IMG/VR virus record: IMGVR_UViG_3300028601_000031
Coordinates: 8,228-72,227 of that record
Origin: a virus
Lineage: Duplodnaviria; Caudoviricetes
Strand: one strand, 5' to 3'
DNA: 64,000 nucleotides
The notes under the pieces were generated by a model that saw nothing but the letters and a program-made list of their open reading frames with translations, made no database searches and had not been told where the DNA came from. The translations under genes and the position numbers were made by a program. This document shows positions 26,941 to 36,829 of the stretch, in pieces. Each line of letters opens with the position of its first letter. Position 1 is the first letter of the stretch.

Positions 26941-27799
26941 ATTCTATTCCATTGTCGTCAATGTATTTAAATTTCTTTTTGACAATTGACTGTATTAATG
27001 ATCGACCTTTGCTTATTTGAGATTTTATTGTTGATAAATTGGTATATGTTCTATATAAACAGTCTATTTGACTATTATTATCTATTTGAACATTTTTAAT
27101 ATTTTTTAATTCATTTTTATTAAAAATAAAAGTTTTACCTGGTTTTACTTCCATTTGTAAACAATCAGTATCATTATATTCAAAATTAATATAACAATAA
27201 TCAGTTCCATTATTTTTAATTTTTATATCTAAAAATTCTGACGCATTTGGTAAATCTATTTTATCCTTTTTATCAGTATTTATTATAATTTCTTTTGTGC
27301 ACATTTCAGCAATTTCTAAATATGGTCTATTTTCTATCTCCCTCATAATCATAACCTTTTTATATTTATCAGGTAGATTAAATATAGTACTTCTTACAAT
27401 TTCAGCCTTTTTAATAATTGATTTATCTAATTCTATATTATAATTATCATCTGTATCTATATTAGGGATAATATTAATAAGATTAAGATTATTATCATTA
27501 TAATCTTTGTCTAAAGATACTACAGACATTCTTTTTTTGTCCTTAAAATCTTTTTTTACTAAATTTTCAGCTATTTTATATAACCAAGTATGTATTTGAG
27601 ATTTTTCTTTATTATAGTTATTTATTTTTAATAATGCTTGTGTAAATGCATCATCAGCAAAATCTTCTGCTATATATTGATCTCTTGTATATCTTGTTAA
27701 ATACCATACTAATTTTGGTTTGTGTTTGTGATAGAATGACTCAAATTTTTGTCCAGTTATTTTTTCAAATTCAATAGATAAACTATTATTTTTTTTCAT
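26939..27799 (-). CDS. ECF-type sigma-70 factor with about 85-aa insertion in region 4
   Basis: Region 2 AEDFADDAF...TWLYKIAEN..KDF; region 4 LPDKYKKV..MREIENRPYLEIAEM [insert] NLSTIKSQISKGR. Confidence 0.85.
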   Translation of the reverse strand: MKKNNSLSIEFEKITGQKFESFYHKHKPKLVWYLTRYTRDQYIAEDFADDAFTQALLKINNYNKEKSQIHTWLYKIAENLVKKDFKDKKRMSVVSLDKDYNDNNLNLINIIPNIDTDDNYNIELDKSIIKKAEIVRSTIFNLPDKYKKVMIMREIENRPYLEIAEMCTKEIIINTDKKDKIDLPNASEFLDIKIKNNGTDYCYINFEYNDTDCLQMEVKPGKTFIFNKNELKNIKNVQIDNNSQIDCLYRTYTNLSTIKSQISKGRSLIQSIVKKKFKYIDDNGIE

Positions 27800-27819
27800 A
27801 AAAAAGAGGTAATTTTTTG

Positions 27820-27870
27820 ATTAAACATTTTAAGAAACTATTATAGTCATAATTTCTTAAAATGTTTAAT
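27820..27870. repeat. 18-bp perfect inverted repeat upstream of the sigma gene
   Basis: attaaacattttaagaaa ... tttcttaaaatgtttaat. Confidence 0.85.
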
Positions 27871-27916
27871 TTTTTTTTAAATTTTTTAAATTATTTAATA
27901 TAATTATTATAGTACT

Positions 27917-29707
27917 TTATTCACTTTCATTTTCATTTTCACTTACATCAGTACCATAAATATACATATCTGAATTTGTCAATCGATTAGTATTCCATAC
28001 CATATAATTTCCTAATAATGTTTGCCATGTATTTTCATCTACGTTTAGTTCTCTTTCACTTCTATCATTTATTTCTATATTTTCCATATTTTCGGATAAT
28101 GGTCTTCCTTGTAATATTTGTTCTTCTTGATCTCCCATTAATCTTCTAGAAGATGGAAATCTGGTGTCACTTGATCTTCTAATTCTTCTTGGTAAATCCA
28201 TGTGCGATCCATCTCCTTCTTCTTCTGTTGAATATCTTTCTGTTGGGTGTATTCGCCTATTTTCAGAACTAGATTGGTTATTACTGATGATATGATCACT
28301 ATCATAATAAGAATGATGAAATTTAAGATAGTCTTCGAGTTTGTCTTTTTTTTTAACAACTTTTTTTGGTGGAGAATTATCAACTATAATATCACCATTA
28401 TCATCTAGTTTAAATCCTCTTCCGATCATTTTAAAATGAATAATTACTCGTTGAGTTTTTTTATTATCAATGAAAGCTTCTCTTACACTATCTTCAAAAA
28501 TATAAGTATTTAAATAATCTGAATAGACACACCTATCAGCTAAAAAGTATTTTCGTTTACCAAGGATTTCAGATTTAACAATCTTATTTGATCCTTTTAT
28601 AGCCCGTAATCCATCAGTATTATGAACATATACTGAATCTGATTCATATACCCAGTCATCATCTATTTGACAATATACTGATTCATATCTAAGTATATCA
28701 TCATCATAATATCTACTATAAACTCTAGGTCTATGATCTACTTCATCTATATAACTACCTTGTGGATCAATTAAATGAATATGTGGTGATGTTTTTAATA
28801 ATCTACCGTCATTACATAATCTACCTGTCTCTGTATTATATACAGATAATGTATCCAAATATGGATAATATCTAAATTTTTTATTATTTAAATATACATC
28901 CATAATAAAATTACTAGGGGTATATAAAGAATCATTTCTAGTATCAACAATTACATTATTCCAACCATAGGTTTGTCTCTCTTTATGTAACCACCCATTT
29001 TTCCTAGCATAATCTTTAAATATTTCAACATCAAAATCATTTACTGAATAAATTCTATCCATATAAATTCTACTTTCTGGGTTATCTAATTTCCAAAGTA
29101 CTGCTCTAGCTCTTAATTTATTTTGGTCGTCTTTAAGAATAAGCATACTTATCTTATCTGGATTTTTTACATATAAATCAAGAAATTTAGTAGATTCATC
29201 ATATCTTAAACAAGATTTTCCAAGTGGTGTATCACCATGTGTAAATCTAGTATAATTCTTAAAGTTATACCAAAATGCAATATCTTTACCTGATACGATT
29301 TCAAATCTATCGTAATTTTCGTTCTTTTCCCTTTCGGCTTTGAACATATTTACAAATGTTTCAATATCTATTGGAGGACAAGGTATAGGGCTACCTTTTG
29401 GATTATTTACAGGAAATGCATCACCAAATAAAAGTTTGATAACTTTACCAACTTTCATTTCAGACCTTTTTTCTTTCCATGCTTTTTCAGAATATTTATA
29501 ATCATATTCTCTTTGTAGTTCTTTTACTTTATTGGAATAGATAAAAGTAATAGTATCATTAGATTCACCGATATCTAAATAAGATATTGGAAATCTATTA
29601 TAATGCCTAAATTGTTCCATTATAGTATTGGAAATACGATGATTAATTTTACTTAATAGTTCAATCAATCTTTGTGAACCATAGATTGTGATACATTCTC
29701 TTTTCAT
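27917..29707 (-). CDS. Conserved phage protein, 'SC..RA.LW..MDRIY..YPYLDT' family (paralog 2), with disordered tail
   Basis: LGKSCLRY, RARAVLWKLD, YMDRIY, YPYLDTL; promoter TATCTTTG at 29747-29754. Confidence 0.8.
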   Translation of the reverse strand: MKRECITIYGSQRLIELLSKINHRISNTIMEQFRHYNRFPISYLDIGESNDTITFIYSNKVKELQREYDYKYSEKAWKEKRSEMKVGKVIKLLFGDAFPVNNPKGSPIPCPPIDIETFVNMFKAEREKNENYDRFEIVSGKDIAFWYNFKNYTRFTHGDTPLGKSCLRYDESTKFLDLYVKNPDKISMLILKDDQNKLRARAVLWKLDNPESRIYMDRIYSVNDFDVEIFKDYARKNGWLHKERQTYGWNNVIVDTRNDSLYTPSNFIMDVYLNNKKFRYYPYLDTLSVYNTETGRLCNDGRLLKTSPHIHLIDPQGSYIDEVDHRPRVYSRYYDDDILRYESVYCQIDDDWVYESDSVYVHNTDGLRAIKGSNKIVKSEILGKRKYFLADRCVYSDYLNTYIFEDSVREAFIDNKKTQRVIIHFKMIGRGFKLDDNGDIIVDNSPPKKVVKKKDKLEDYLKFHHSYYDSDHIISNNQSSSENRRIHPTERYSTEEEGDGSHMDLPRRIRRSSDTRFPSSRRLMGDQEEQILQGRPLSENMENIEINDRSERELNVDENTWQTLLGNYMVWNTNRLTNSDMYIYGTDVSENENESE

Positions 29708-29798
29708 ATTTTATAATTAATATATTAGTAATTTTATTATTTAATACAAAGATATAACAAAAAATTAAAATAAAAAATAATTTTAAAAAATTTAACAT

Positions 29799-30359
29799 TT
29801 AATTTTTTGGTGGCGGAATTACAACCTTATCTTTCATTTTATTTATGACATCAACTATTGATATTGGTTTATAATCTAACATTTCACAAGACACATTAAT
29901 AATCCTACCTGGATGATTTTCAAAATATTCTTTGGAATTATCATGTGTATGTCCACAAACATGTATAGAACCTCTCCATATTCCATCCCATGAATAAATT
30001 GGATAATGAAAAAGAACAAATTTATATTCTTTTTCTTCATGTGTGTATTTAAAAGTATGATAATCCTTTACCCATTCAAATCTATCAATAAACCTATTGA
30101 TTATTTTTGGTTTATCATGATTACCTGCAATAAGATATATTTTACCATTCAATTTATTTGCGACATATTTACTAAAGGTATTACCATTCATTTTATATGT
30201 CATATCTCCTAAATAATAGACTTCATCATCAGGTGATACAACTTCGTTCCATGAATCGAACATACGTTGATTCATGTCAATAACGTCTTTAAATGGACGA
30301 TTTTGCATATGAATTATTGCATTGTGTCCCCAGTGATGATCACTTATAAAATATATCAT
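29799..30359 (-). CDS. Calcineurin-like metallophosphoesterase
   Basis: FISDHHWGH, YLGD, GNHD, LFHYP, CGHTH. Confidence 0.9.
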   Translation of the reverse strand: MIYFISDHHWGHNAIIHMQNRPFKDVIDMNQRMFDSWNEVVSPDDEVYYLGDMTYKMNGNTFSKYVANKLNGKIYLIAGNHDKPKIINRFIDRFEWVKDYHTFKYTHEEKEYKFVLFHYPIYSWDGIWRGSIHVCGHTHDNSKEYFENHPGRIINVSCEMLDYKPISIVDVINKMKDKVVIPPPKN

Positions 30360-30381
30360 AATTTTTTATCGTATTTGATTA

Positions 30382-30413
30382 CAAAGATAAGAAATAAAAT
30401 ATTAAATAACAAA
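30382..30413 (-). promoter_or_regulatory. Bacteroidota promoter (TTTG-N20-TATCTTTG)
   Basis: Both consensus elements present. Confidence 0.7.
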
Positions 30414-30466
30414 TATTTTGTTTTATAAATTTTATATATATTCTAAAATATTTAAAGTCTAAAATT

Positions 30467-30832
30467 ATGAAACATATTAAAACATATAATGAATCAATAA
30501 GACATCTTTTAAAGGGTAAAAATAAGGATGAAATGAAAAACATAGTTTATAGTTTACCAGACTATAAAAAATATGTTTATATAGAAAAACATGATTTATA
30601 TGATTTATTTACTGAAAAAGAATTAGAAGAGTTTGAATCTAAATCACCTGAAATAAGTGAAATGGGAAAGTGGTTTGATTTCCAAGTTGAAGATACACAA
30701 TACCATATTCTTATTCAGGATAATGATATAGATACAATTATTATATTAGATGAAAATCTTAAAGAAATAGAAGATTATGATACATTTGAATACATAAATG
30801 AAATGGAAGATTACTTAAAACCTTATTTATAA
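30467..30832 (+). CDS. Hypothetical protein with MKHIKTYNES leader
   Basis: Shares the NESI..LLK.K leader with three downstream genes. Confidence 0.7.
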   Translation: MKHIKTYNESIRHLLKGKNKDEMKNIVYSLPDYKKYVYIEKHDLYDLFTEKELEEFESKSPEISEMGKWFDFQVEDTQYHILIQDNDIDTIIILDENLKEIEDYDTFEYINEMEDYLKPYL

Positions 30833-30848
30833 AAAAAATAAAAAGTTT

Positions 30849-31496
30849 ATGAAATATTTAAAAACATATAGGAAACAATATAACTTTTGTAATGAATCCA
30901 TAAAACATTTTTTAAAGGGTAAAAGTAAGAATGAAATAATGAAAAAAACATCTAATTTAAAACCAATAGAAAAAATGAATTATGCAATTAAATATGGTAT
31001 AGACTGGTTAGCACAAGAAGCTATTGATGATGGAATTGACATTAATATGATATATATTGATTTAAGAACTGTTGTAATGAACAACGAAATTAGTATTTTA
31101 AAAATTTTAATTAATAATAAAATATCAATAAATGAACTCAATAGTGCAATTCTATATGCAATAGAACATAATAAATTAGATATATTAAAATTATTAGTTA
31201 ATTATGGTTGTGATATAAAAACTGATGATAATTTTATTGAATATTATAATTTTTATTTAACATATTTACAATTTGCTGTAATAAAATTAAAATCTGATGA
31301 TAATATGGTTAAATATTTAATTGATAATGGTGCTTATAATTATATTCCAAAAGAAATACTAGTAGATATATTAAATATGAATAAATTTGATGTAATTAAA
31401 GTATTAATAGATAATATTAAAGGTATGAAGGAAGCATATCAATATTTATACGATGAACATAAAAAAATAATTGAAAAATTAGAAAAAGTATTATAA
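30849..31496 (+). CDS. Ankyrin-repeat protein with MKYLKTY..NES leader
   Basis: AILYAIEHNKLDILKLLVNYGCDI, MVKYLIDNGA. Confidence 0.8.
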   Translation: MKYLKTYRKQYNFCNESIKHFLKGKSKNEIMKKTSNLKPIEKMNYAIKYGIDWLAQEAIDDGIDINMIYIDLRTVVMNNEISILKILINNKISINELNSAILYAIEHNKLDILKLLVNYGCDIKTDDNFIEYYNFYLTYLQFAVIKLKSDDNMVKYLIDNGAYNYIPKEILVDILNMNKFDVIKVLIDNIKGMKEAYQYLYDEHKKIIEKLEKVL

Positions 31497-31499
31497 TTT

Positions 31500-32669
31500 A
31501 TGAAATATTTAAAAACATATAGGGAACAATATAACTTTTGTAATGAATCCATAAAATATTTTTTAAAACCAAAAAAAGAAGAGGATGTATTAAATATTAT
31601 CAATAAATTAACACCCAAAGATAAATTATATAAAGGATGTACATATGGATTATTATCTGTTGTTAAAGATGCAATAGAAAAAGACGGAGTTGATCCATCA
31701 ATTAGTAGAAATGAACCATTAGAAATAGCATGTGAACATGGTAATATAGATATTGTTAAATATTTATTAACTTTTGATTCAGTTGATCCTTCTACAGATA
31801 GAAATAGTCCAATTATATCTGCTGCAATGTATGGATATGAAGATTTGGTAAAATTATTATTAAAAGATGAAAGAGTTGACCCATCTGATAAACATAATAG
31901 AGCATTAAAAAAAGCAGATCAAAATAAATATAATAAAATTGTTAAAATACTTTTAAACGACGATAGAGTTATAAATAGATTAAAAATGGATGATGAATTA
32001 TCATTTTATATAAGAGAAAAAAATTATGAAAATACAAATGAAAGTTTAAATGTATCTAAATACGAATGGGAATATAGTAGAATAAATAATAAAGTTGGTA
32101 AATTATATTATGCATCAAAATATAAATTATCGGTCGCAAATCTATATGAACTATCTAAATTATTAACTAATTTTTCTGATAAGGAAGTAATGTTAATGAC
32201 AATAACAGCAATATCGATATTAACAAGGGAAAGTAAAGAAAAAGTTGAAAAATTATTTGAATTATTATCACAATACAATATAAGTCAAAAAGATATAGAT
32301 AATCTAGTTAATAAGTTCACTACTATAAAGAATATATTTAAGGTTGTTGCATCAAAATACGATATAGTAATAAATAATATTTATGATATGTTATCGAATA
32401 CGACTTTATTAATACCATTTATAAACGTTTTAATAACATTAATAGAACATCAGAAGTTAAATATAGATATTTTATCTAAACCCTTAAATGATATTAAAAA
32501 TGAATTAGGTGACGATAAATATAATTTAATGTTTGATAGAATTGAAAGGAAATTATCTATAATGGTATCAAATACATCTAAATTTAAAGATGTTAAATAC
32601 ACTGAACCATATAGAAAAAGTCATGAATTAAAACCAATTCATATGAGAACAAAAAGAATTACATTATAA
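31500..32669 (+). CDS. Ankyrin-repeat protein with MKYLKTY..NES leader and unrelated C-terminal domain
   Basis: VDPS..N..L..A...G...IVK.LL repeats; internal TNESL. Confidence 0.85.
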   Translation: MKYLKTYREQYNFCNESIKYFLKPKKEEDVLNIINKLTPKDKLYKGCTYGLLSVVKDAIEKDGVDPSISRNEPLEIACEHGNIDIVKYLLTFDSVDPSTDRNSPIISAAMYGYEDLVKLLLKDERVDPSDKHNRALKKADQNKYNKIVKILLNDDRVINRLKMDDELSFYIREKNYENTNESLNVSKYEWEYSRINNKVGKLYYASKYKLSVANLYELSKLLTNFSDKEVMLMTITAISILTRESKEKVEKLFELLSQYNISQKDIDNLVNKFTTIKNIFKVVASKYDIVINNIYDMLSNTTLLIPFINVLITLIEHQKLNIDILSKPLNDIKNELGDDKYNLMFDRIERKLSIMVSNTSKFKDVKYTEPYRKSHELKPIHMRTKRITL

Positions 32670-33938
32670 ATGAAATATTTAAAACCATATAGGAAACAAA
32701 GTAACCTTTGTAATGAATCTATAAAACATCTTCTAAAACCTAAAAGTGAAGATGATATAAAAAATTCTATAATGAAATCAAATTCATCAGATAGACTAGA
32801 TAAAATTTTTAGATTTAAATTAAATCACTTATTTAGTGATGATGAAATATTAGAAATATGTAAAAATTTAACACCAGATGAAAAGTTATATAAGGGTACA
32901 AGACATAATATACCTATTTTAATCAAACAGTCCATATTAGACGGTGTAAATACTGGTAAAAATAATCAAATGTTAATAAAATTCGCATCACAAAATGGAT
33001 ATCCTGATATTATAGAAATGTTATTAAAAGATGATAGAGTTAATCCAGTAGTTCATAATAATCTACCAATTGCATACGCTGCAGAAAATGGACATTTAGA
33101 TGCTGTTAAAGTATTAATGAATGATAAAAGAGTTGATCCATCAGATCATAATAATGATGCTATAAAATATGCATTAAGAAATAATCATTTAACTGTAGTT
33201 AAAGAATTATTAAAAGATAAAAGAGTTGTTGATAAATTAGAACCGGATGATAGATATAAAATTAGAATAGAATTGGAACATGGTTATAAATCATTATTTA
33301 AAGATATAGAAAGAAAAATGAAATCAAATGAATCCATAAAACATCTTCTAAAACCTAAAAGTGAAGGTGATATATTAAAAACAGTTGAAAAATTATCACC
33401 ACAAGAAAAATTACAACACGCTTGTGAATATGGTATTCTTTGGTTATTTAAACAAGCATTGGATGAAGGTGCAAATCCTGCATATCAAGATAATTATCCT
33501 ATAAGATACGCATCAGCAGGTGGACATTATACAATAGTTAAAATATTATTAAGTTTTGATAGTGTTGATCCATCAGATTTAAATAATGTTGCTATACAGG
33601 TTGCTCATTATTATAAACATAAAGATGTTGTGGAATTGTTATTAGATGATAAAAGAGTTAAAAAATCACTACCTAAACATTTATTAGAAAGGTATATAAA
33701 ATATGTATATGATGATTTACATGAATCAAATATAATAAGAATTAATGAGTTTGTTCAAAATGATGATATAAAATATTGGGCATTATACTATCATATTTAT
33801 GATAATTTTTTCTCCAAATTAGATAATAGAGAAGAAATTCAAGAATTAAGAAATAAACTAATTGATGAATTTGGTGAAGAATTAGCACCAGTTATCAACT
33901 TTTTTGCTGATTATAGACTTAAAAAATTGGATATTTAA
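32670..33938 (+). CDS. Ankyrin-repeat protein with two leader-plus-ankyrin modules
   Basis: NESIKHLLKPKSE occurs twice; AENGHLDAVKVLM.D.RVDPS repeats. Confidence 0.85.
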   Translation: MKYLKPYRKQSNLCNESIKHLLKPKSEDDIKNSIMKSNSSDRLDKIFRFKLNHLFSDDEILEICKNLTPDEKLYKGTRHNIPILIKQSILDGVNTGKNNQMLIKFASQNGYPDIIEMLLKDDRVNPVVHNNLPIAYAAENGHLDAVKVLMNDKRVDPSDHNNDAIKYALRNNHLTVVKELLKDKRVVDKLEPDDRYKIRIELEHGYKSLFKDIERKMKSNESIKHLLKPKSEGDILKTVEKLSPQEKLQHACEYGILWLFKQALDEGANPAYQDNYPIRYASAGGHYTIVKILLSFDSVDPSDLNNVAIQVAHYYKHKDVVELLLDDKRVKKSLPKHLLERYIKYVYDDLHESNIIRINEFVQNDDIKYWALYYHIYDNFFSKLDNREEIQELRNKLIDEFGEELAPVINFFADYRLKKLDI

Positions 33939-33977
33939 AAAATATATTGTATATTTGTACCATAAAAATCTAACATT

Positions 33978-34190
33978 ATGGATAAAAATACAGAAACACC
34001 TAAATTCTTTAGTGAAAACGTATGGTTAAAAAGATTAGGATTGGTAATTTTAATTTTAGGTATGTATCCTAATATTGTTGCTGAATATCCTGTATATGTA
34101 GATTATATTATTAAATTTGTAGTTGGTGCAATTATTTTATCATATGTTTTAAAAATGGTAGTTGGATTTTTTAAATCTCTTCTAACTTAG
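33978..34190 (+). CDS. Small two-TM membrane protein
   Basis: Two hydrophobic helices; TATATTTG promoter at 33950-33957. Confidence 0.7.
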   Translation: MDKNTETPKFFSENVWLKRLGLVILILGMYPNIVAEYPVYVDYIIKFVVGAIILSYVLKMVVGFFKSLLT

Positions 34191-34590
34191 ACATTCTATT
34201 TAATAATTTTTCAATTTTTTCTTTTCTCATCAATAAATCATAATCGATACTTTCAGCCCAATCATATATTATATTCATGTCTATATCATTATATGATGAA
34301 TGTGAATTAAAATCAATTGTCATTTCTTCAATAATAGAGTTATAAAAAACCATACATGTATTATCATATATTATTAACTTTGATGGTTTTTTAGTATTAC
34401 TAATTTTAGTATTATTGGACATAGTTAAATATATTTCATATAATTTATTTATAACATAATGATTATTATCTACTTTTAATCGTATATTATTTGTAAATAT
34501 TTGATAATTATTATTTTGTGTTAATGTCATATTTCCCTTTGAAATATTAAATTTTACATCTAATCCATCATATTCATATATACAAACCAT
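34171..34590 (-). CDS. Hypothetical protein (tail-tube-like C-terminal strands) with RxxKIxxL tag
   Basis: ...IEEMTIDF....NDIDMNIIYDWAE, then MRKEKIEKLL. Confidence 0.55.
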   Translation of the reverse strand: MVCIYEYDGLDVKFNISKGNMTLTQNNNYQIFTNNIRLKVDNNHYVINKLYEIYLTMSNNTKISNTKKPSKLIIYDNTCMVFYNSIIEEMTIDFNSHSSYNDIDMNIIYDWAESIDYDLLMRKEKIEKLLNRMSKLEEI

Positions 34591-34638
34591 TAAACAAAAA
34601 TTGTTTTTTAATTATATAGATTAAAATATAAAATGTTT

Positions 34639-36093
34639 TTAATTTAAATAACTATTTAATATATTATCGATATCATCAATATCATTATAAGGTATTCTCA
34701 GTAAATTTATGTTATTATTTTTACAATATTCGGTTTTAATGGAATCTCTTAATTTTTGTTTTTTAAATGATTTAATTCCACCAAAATATTCATTAACTTC
34801 AAAATGTTGTTTACCGTCAAATTCAATACATAAATTATAATCAGGTATATAAAAATCAAATTTTAAGGGGTTTATATGTTTACAGTCTTTGAAGGATTTT
34901 TGGTGTATGTGATCAATTTTATTATCATTTAAATATTTTTTTATGGATAATTCACCTTTAGATGATTTACATATAGGACATCCATTATTTTTAATGTGAT
35001 ATTTTGGTTTTTGTTCAAAAATACCATGAATCGGACAAATTATTTTTACTTCAGTTAAATTATTTTTATACTTAACTAATGAATAATCATATTTATCATT
35101 ATGTATTTCTTTTGAATCTTTAATAAATTGTTCATAATTCTTTCTTTTTTTACCACTACAATCATAACACCCTTTATTTGTTAAATGACTACTTGGTAAT
35201 TGTTCAAAAATACCATGAATCGGACAAATTATTTTTACTTTAGTATAATTGTTTATATATTTAACTAAAGAATAATCATATTTATTATTGTGTAATTTTA
35301 CAGATCTATCAATAAAATCAACTGTTGTTAATTTTTTATTATTAGAACATACAGGACATCCAGATCCATTTAGATGATCAATTGATGATTGATTAAAAAT
35401 ACCATGTTTCGAACAAATTATATTAATTTTTATCATAGTGTTTTTATAATTAACTAAAGAGTAATCGTATTTATCACCATGAATATTTTTACATTTTTTT
35501 ATAAATTGTTCTGTCGTTAATATATTTTTTGCACACTTATTACAACCTATATTTAACAGATGACTATTTGGTGTTTGTTCAAAAATACCATGAACTGGAC
35601 AAATAATTTTAACTTTTGTTTTGTTATTTTTATATTTAACTAACGAGTAGTCATATTTATTGTTATGAATTATATTTGAACGTTTTATAAATTCATCTTT
35701 ATTCAATCTACTATTACCATAACACAGTGGACATCCTTGTTTATTCAAATGATTTTTTGGTGTTTGTTTAAATTCACCATGTTTTTTACATATAATAATA
35801 ACTTTTGTTTTAACATTAATATAGTTAACTAAACTATAATCATATTCAAAATTATGAACAATATTTGATTTATTTATAAATTGTTCTTTGGTAAATTTTT
35901 TATTTATAATCGCGCATTTAGGACAACCATTATTAATATGATTATCTGGTCTTTGTTCAAATATTCCGTGTTCTTTACATATTATTTTAACTTTAGTCTT
36001 ACTATTTATATAATCAACTAAAGAATAGTCATATTTATAATTATGTTTTTCGTTTGATTTATTTATAAACTCTTCTTTATTTGACTTTTTCAT
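34639..36093 (-). CDS. Zinc-repeat (6x) PD-(D/E)XK homing-endonuclease-like protein
   Basis: Six CxxHG repeats plus FDFYIPDYNLCIEFDGKQHF. Confidence 0.8.
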   Translation of the reverse strand: MKKSNKEEFINKSNEKHNYKYDYSLVDYINSKTKVKIICKEHGIFEQRPDNHINNGCPKCAIINKKFTKEQFINKSNIVHNFEYDYSLVNYINVKTKVIIICKKHGEFKQTPKNHLNKQGCPLCYGNSRLNKDEFIKRSNIIHNNKYDYSLVKYKNNKTKVKIICPVHGIFEQTPNSHLLNIGCNKCAKNILTTEQFIKKCKNIHGDKYDYSLVNYKNTMIKINIICSKHGIFNQSSIDHLNGSGCPVCSNNKKLTTVDFIDRSVKLHNNKYDYSLVKYINNYTKVKIICPIHGIFEQLPSSHLTNKGCYDCSGKKRKNYEQFIKDSKEIHNDKYDYSLVKYKNNLTEVKIICPIHGIFEQKPKYHIKNNGCPICKSSKGELSIKKYLNDNKIDHIHQKSFKDCKHINPLKFDFYIPDYNLCIEFDGKQHFEVNEYFGGIKSFKKQKLRDSIKTEYCKNNNINLLRIPYNDIDDIDNILNSYLN

Positions 36094-36103
36094 ATAATTA
36101 TAT

Positions 36104-36149
36104 ATAAAAATAAAAGGTCTAAATTTACATTTAGACCTTTTATTTTTAT
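36104..36149 (-). terminator. Intrinsic terminator after clpP
   Basis: ataaaaataaaaggtctaaat-ttac-atttagaccttttatttttat. Confidence 0.85.
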
Positions 36150-36152
36150 CTA

Positions 36153-36815
36153 TTAAACACCAATGATCTTATCGATGGCCCCATAATCCTTTGCCTCAAT
36201 TGATGTCATCCAATAATCTCTATCACAATCCCATTCCACTTTTTCATAAGGTTGACCAGTTTTATCTGATATTATCTGATAAAGTTCATTCCTTAACATT
36301 TCAATTTGTTTAGCAGTAATTAAAATATCAGATGCTTGTCCTTGTACACCCCCTAATGGTTGGTGTTGCATAAGACGACTATGTTTTAATGCACTTCTTT
36401 CTTTACCAGAAATAGCAAGAATAAATGCCATCGATGCTGCCATTCCAGTTACCATAGTATTTACATCATTGGAAATGAAGTTCATAGTGTCCAATATGGA
36501 ATATCCCGCATAAATCCCACCGCCCGGACTATTCAGATAAAGGTGAATTGGGCTATTATTATCATTAGATTGTAAAAATAACAGTTGTGCAGTAATAATA
36601 TTACTTACTGTATCGTCTATTGCGGTGCCAAGAAAAACAATACGATCCATAAGTAATCTACTGAATACGTCCATACTAGCTACATTCATCTGTCGTTCTT
36701 CAATAATAGATGGATTAATATAACCACCGATAACTTTTCCATATTGGTGCATTGCAGTGGCACTAACACCCATGTCTTTTCTAAATAAATTAAAATCTTT
36801 TCCTAAGTTTGTCAT
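36153..36815 (-). CDS. clpP: ATP-dependent Clp protease proteolytic subunit
   Basis: MDVFSRLLMDRIVFL, YLNSPGG, GMAASMA (Ser), MQHQP (His), DRDYWM (Asp). Confidence 0.95.
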   Translation of the reverse strand: MTNLGKDFNLFRKDMGVSATAMHQYGKVIGGYINPSIIEERQMNVASMDVFSRLLMDRIVFLGTAIDDTVSNIITAQLLFLQSNDNNSPIHLYLNSPGGGIYAGYSILDTMNFISNDVNTMVTGMAASMAFILAISGKERSALKHSRLMQHQPLGGVQGQASDILITAKQIEMLRNELYQIISDKTGQPYEKVEWDCDRDYWMTSIEAKDYGAIDKIIGV

Positions 36816-36829
36816 AGTTTTTATTGTTT

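Noticed and set aside
27041-27301. Mini-intein in the sigma factor (the insert follows a Cys)
   Set aside because: It is too short, lacks the HN-[CST] C-terminal junction (it reads TN-L) and has no block B TxxH.
30849-33400. Repeated 5' DNA segments as diversity-generating retroelement TR/VR pairs
   Set aside because: No reverse transcriptase is present in the window, and the repeats are explained by duplicated coding leaders.
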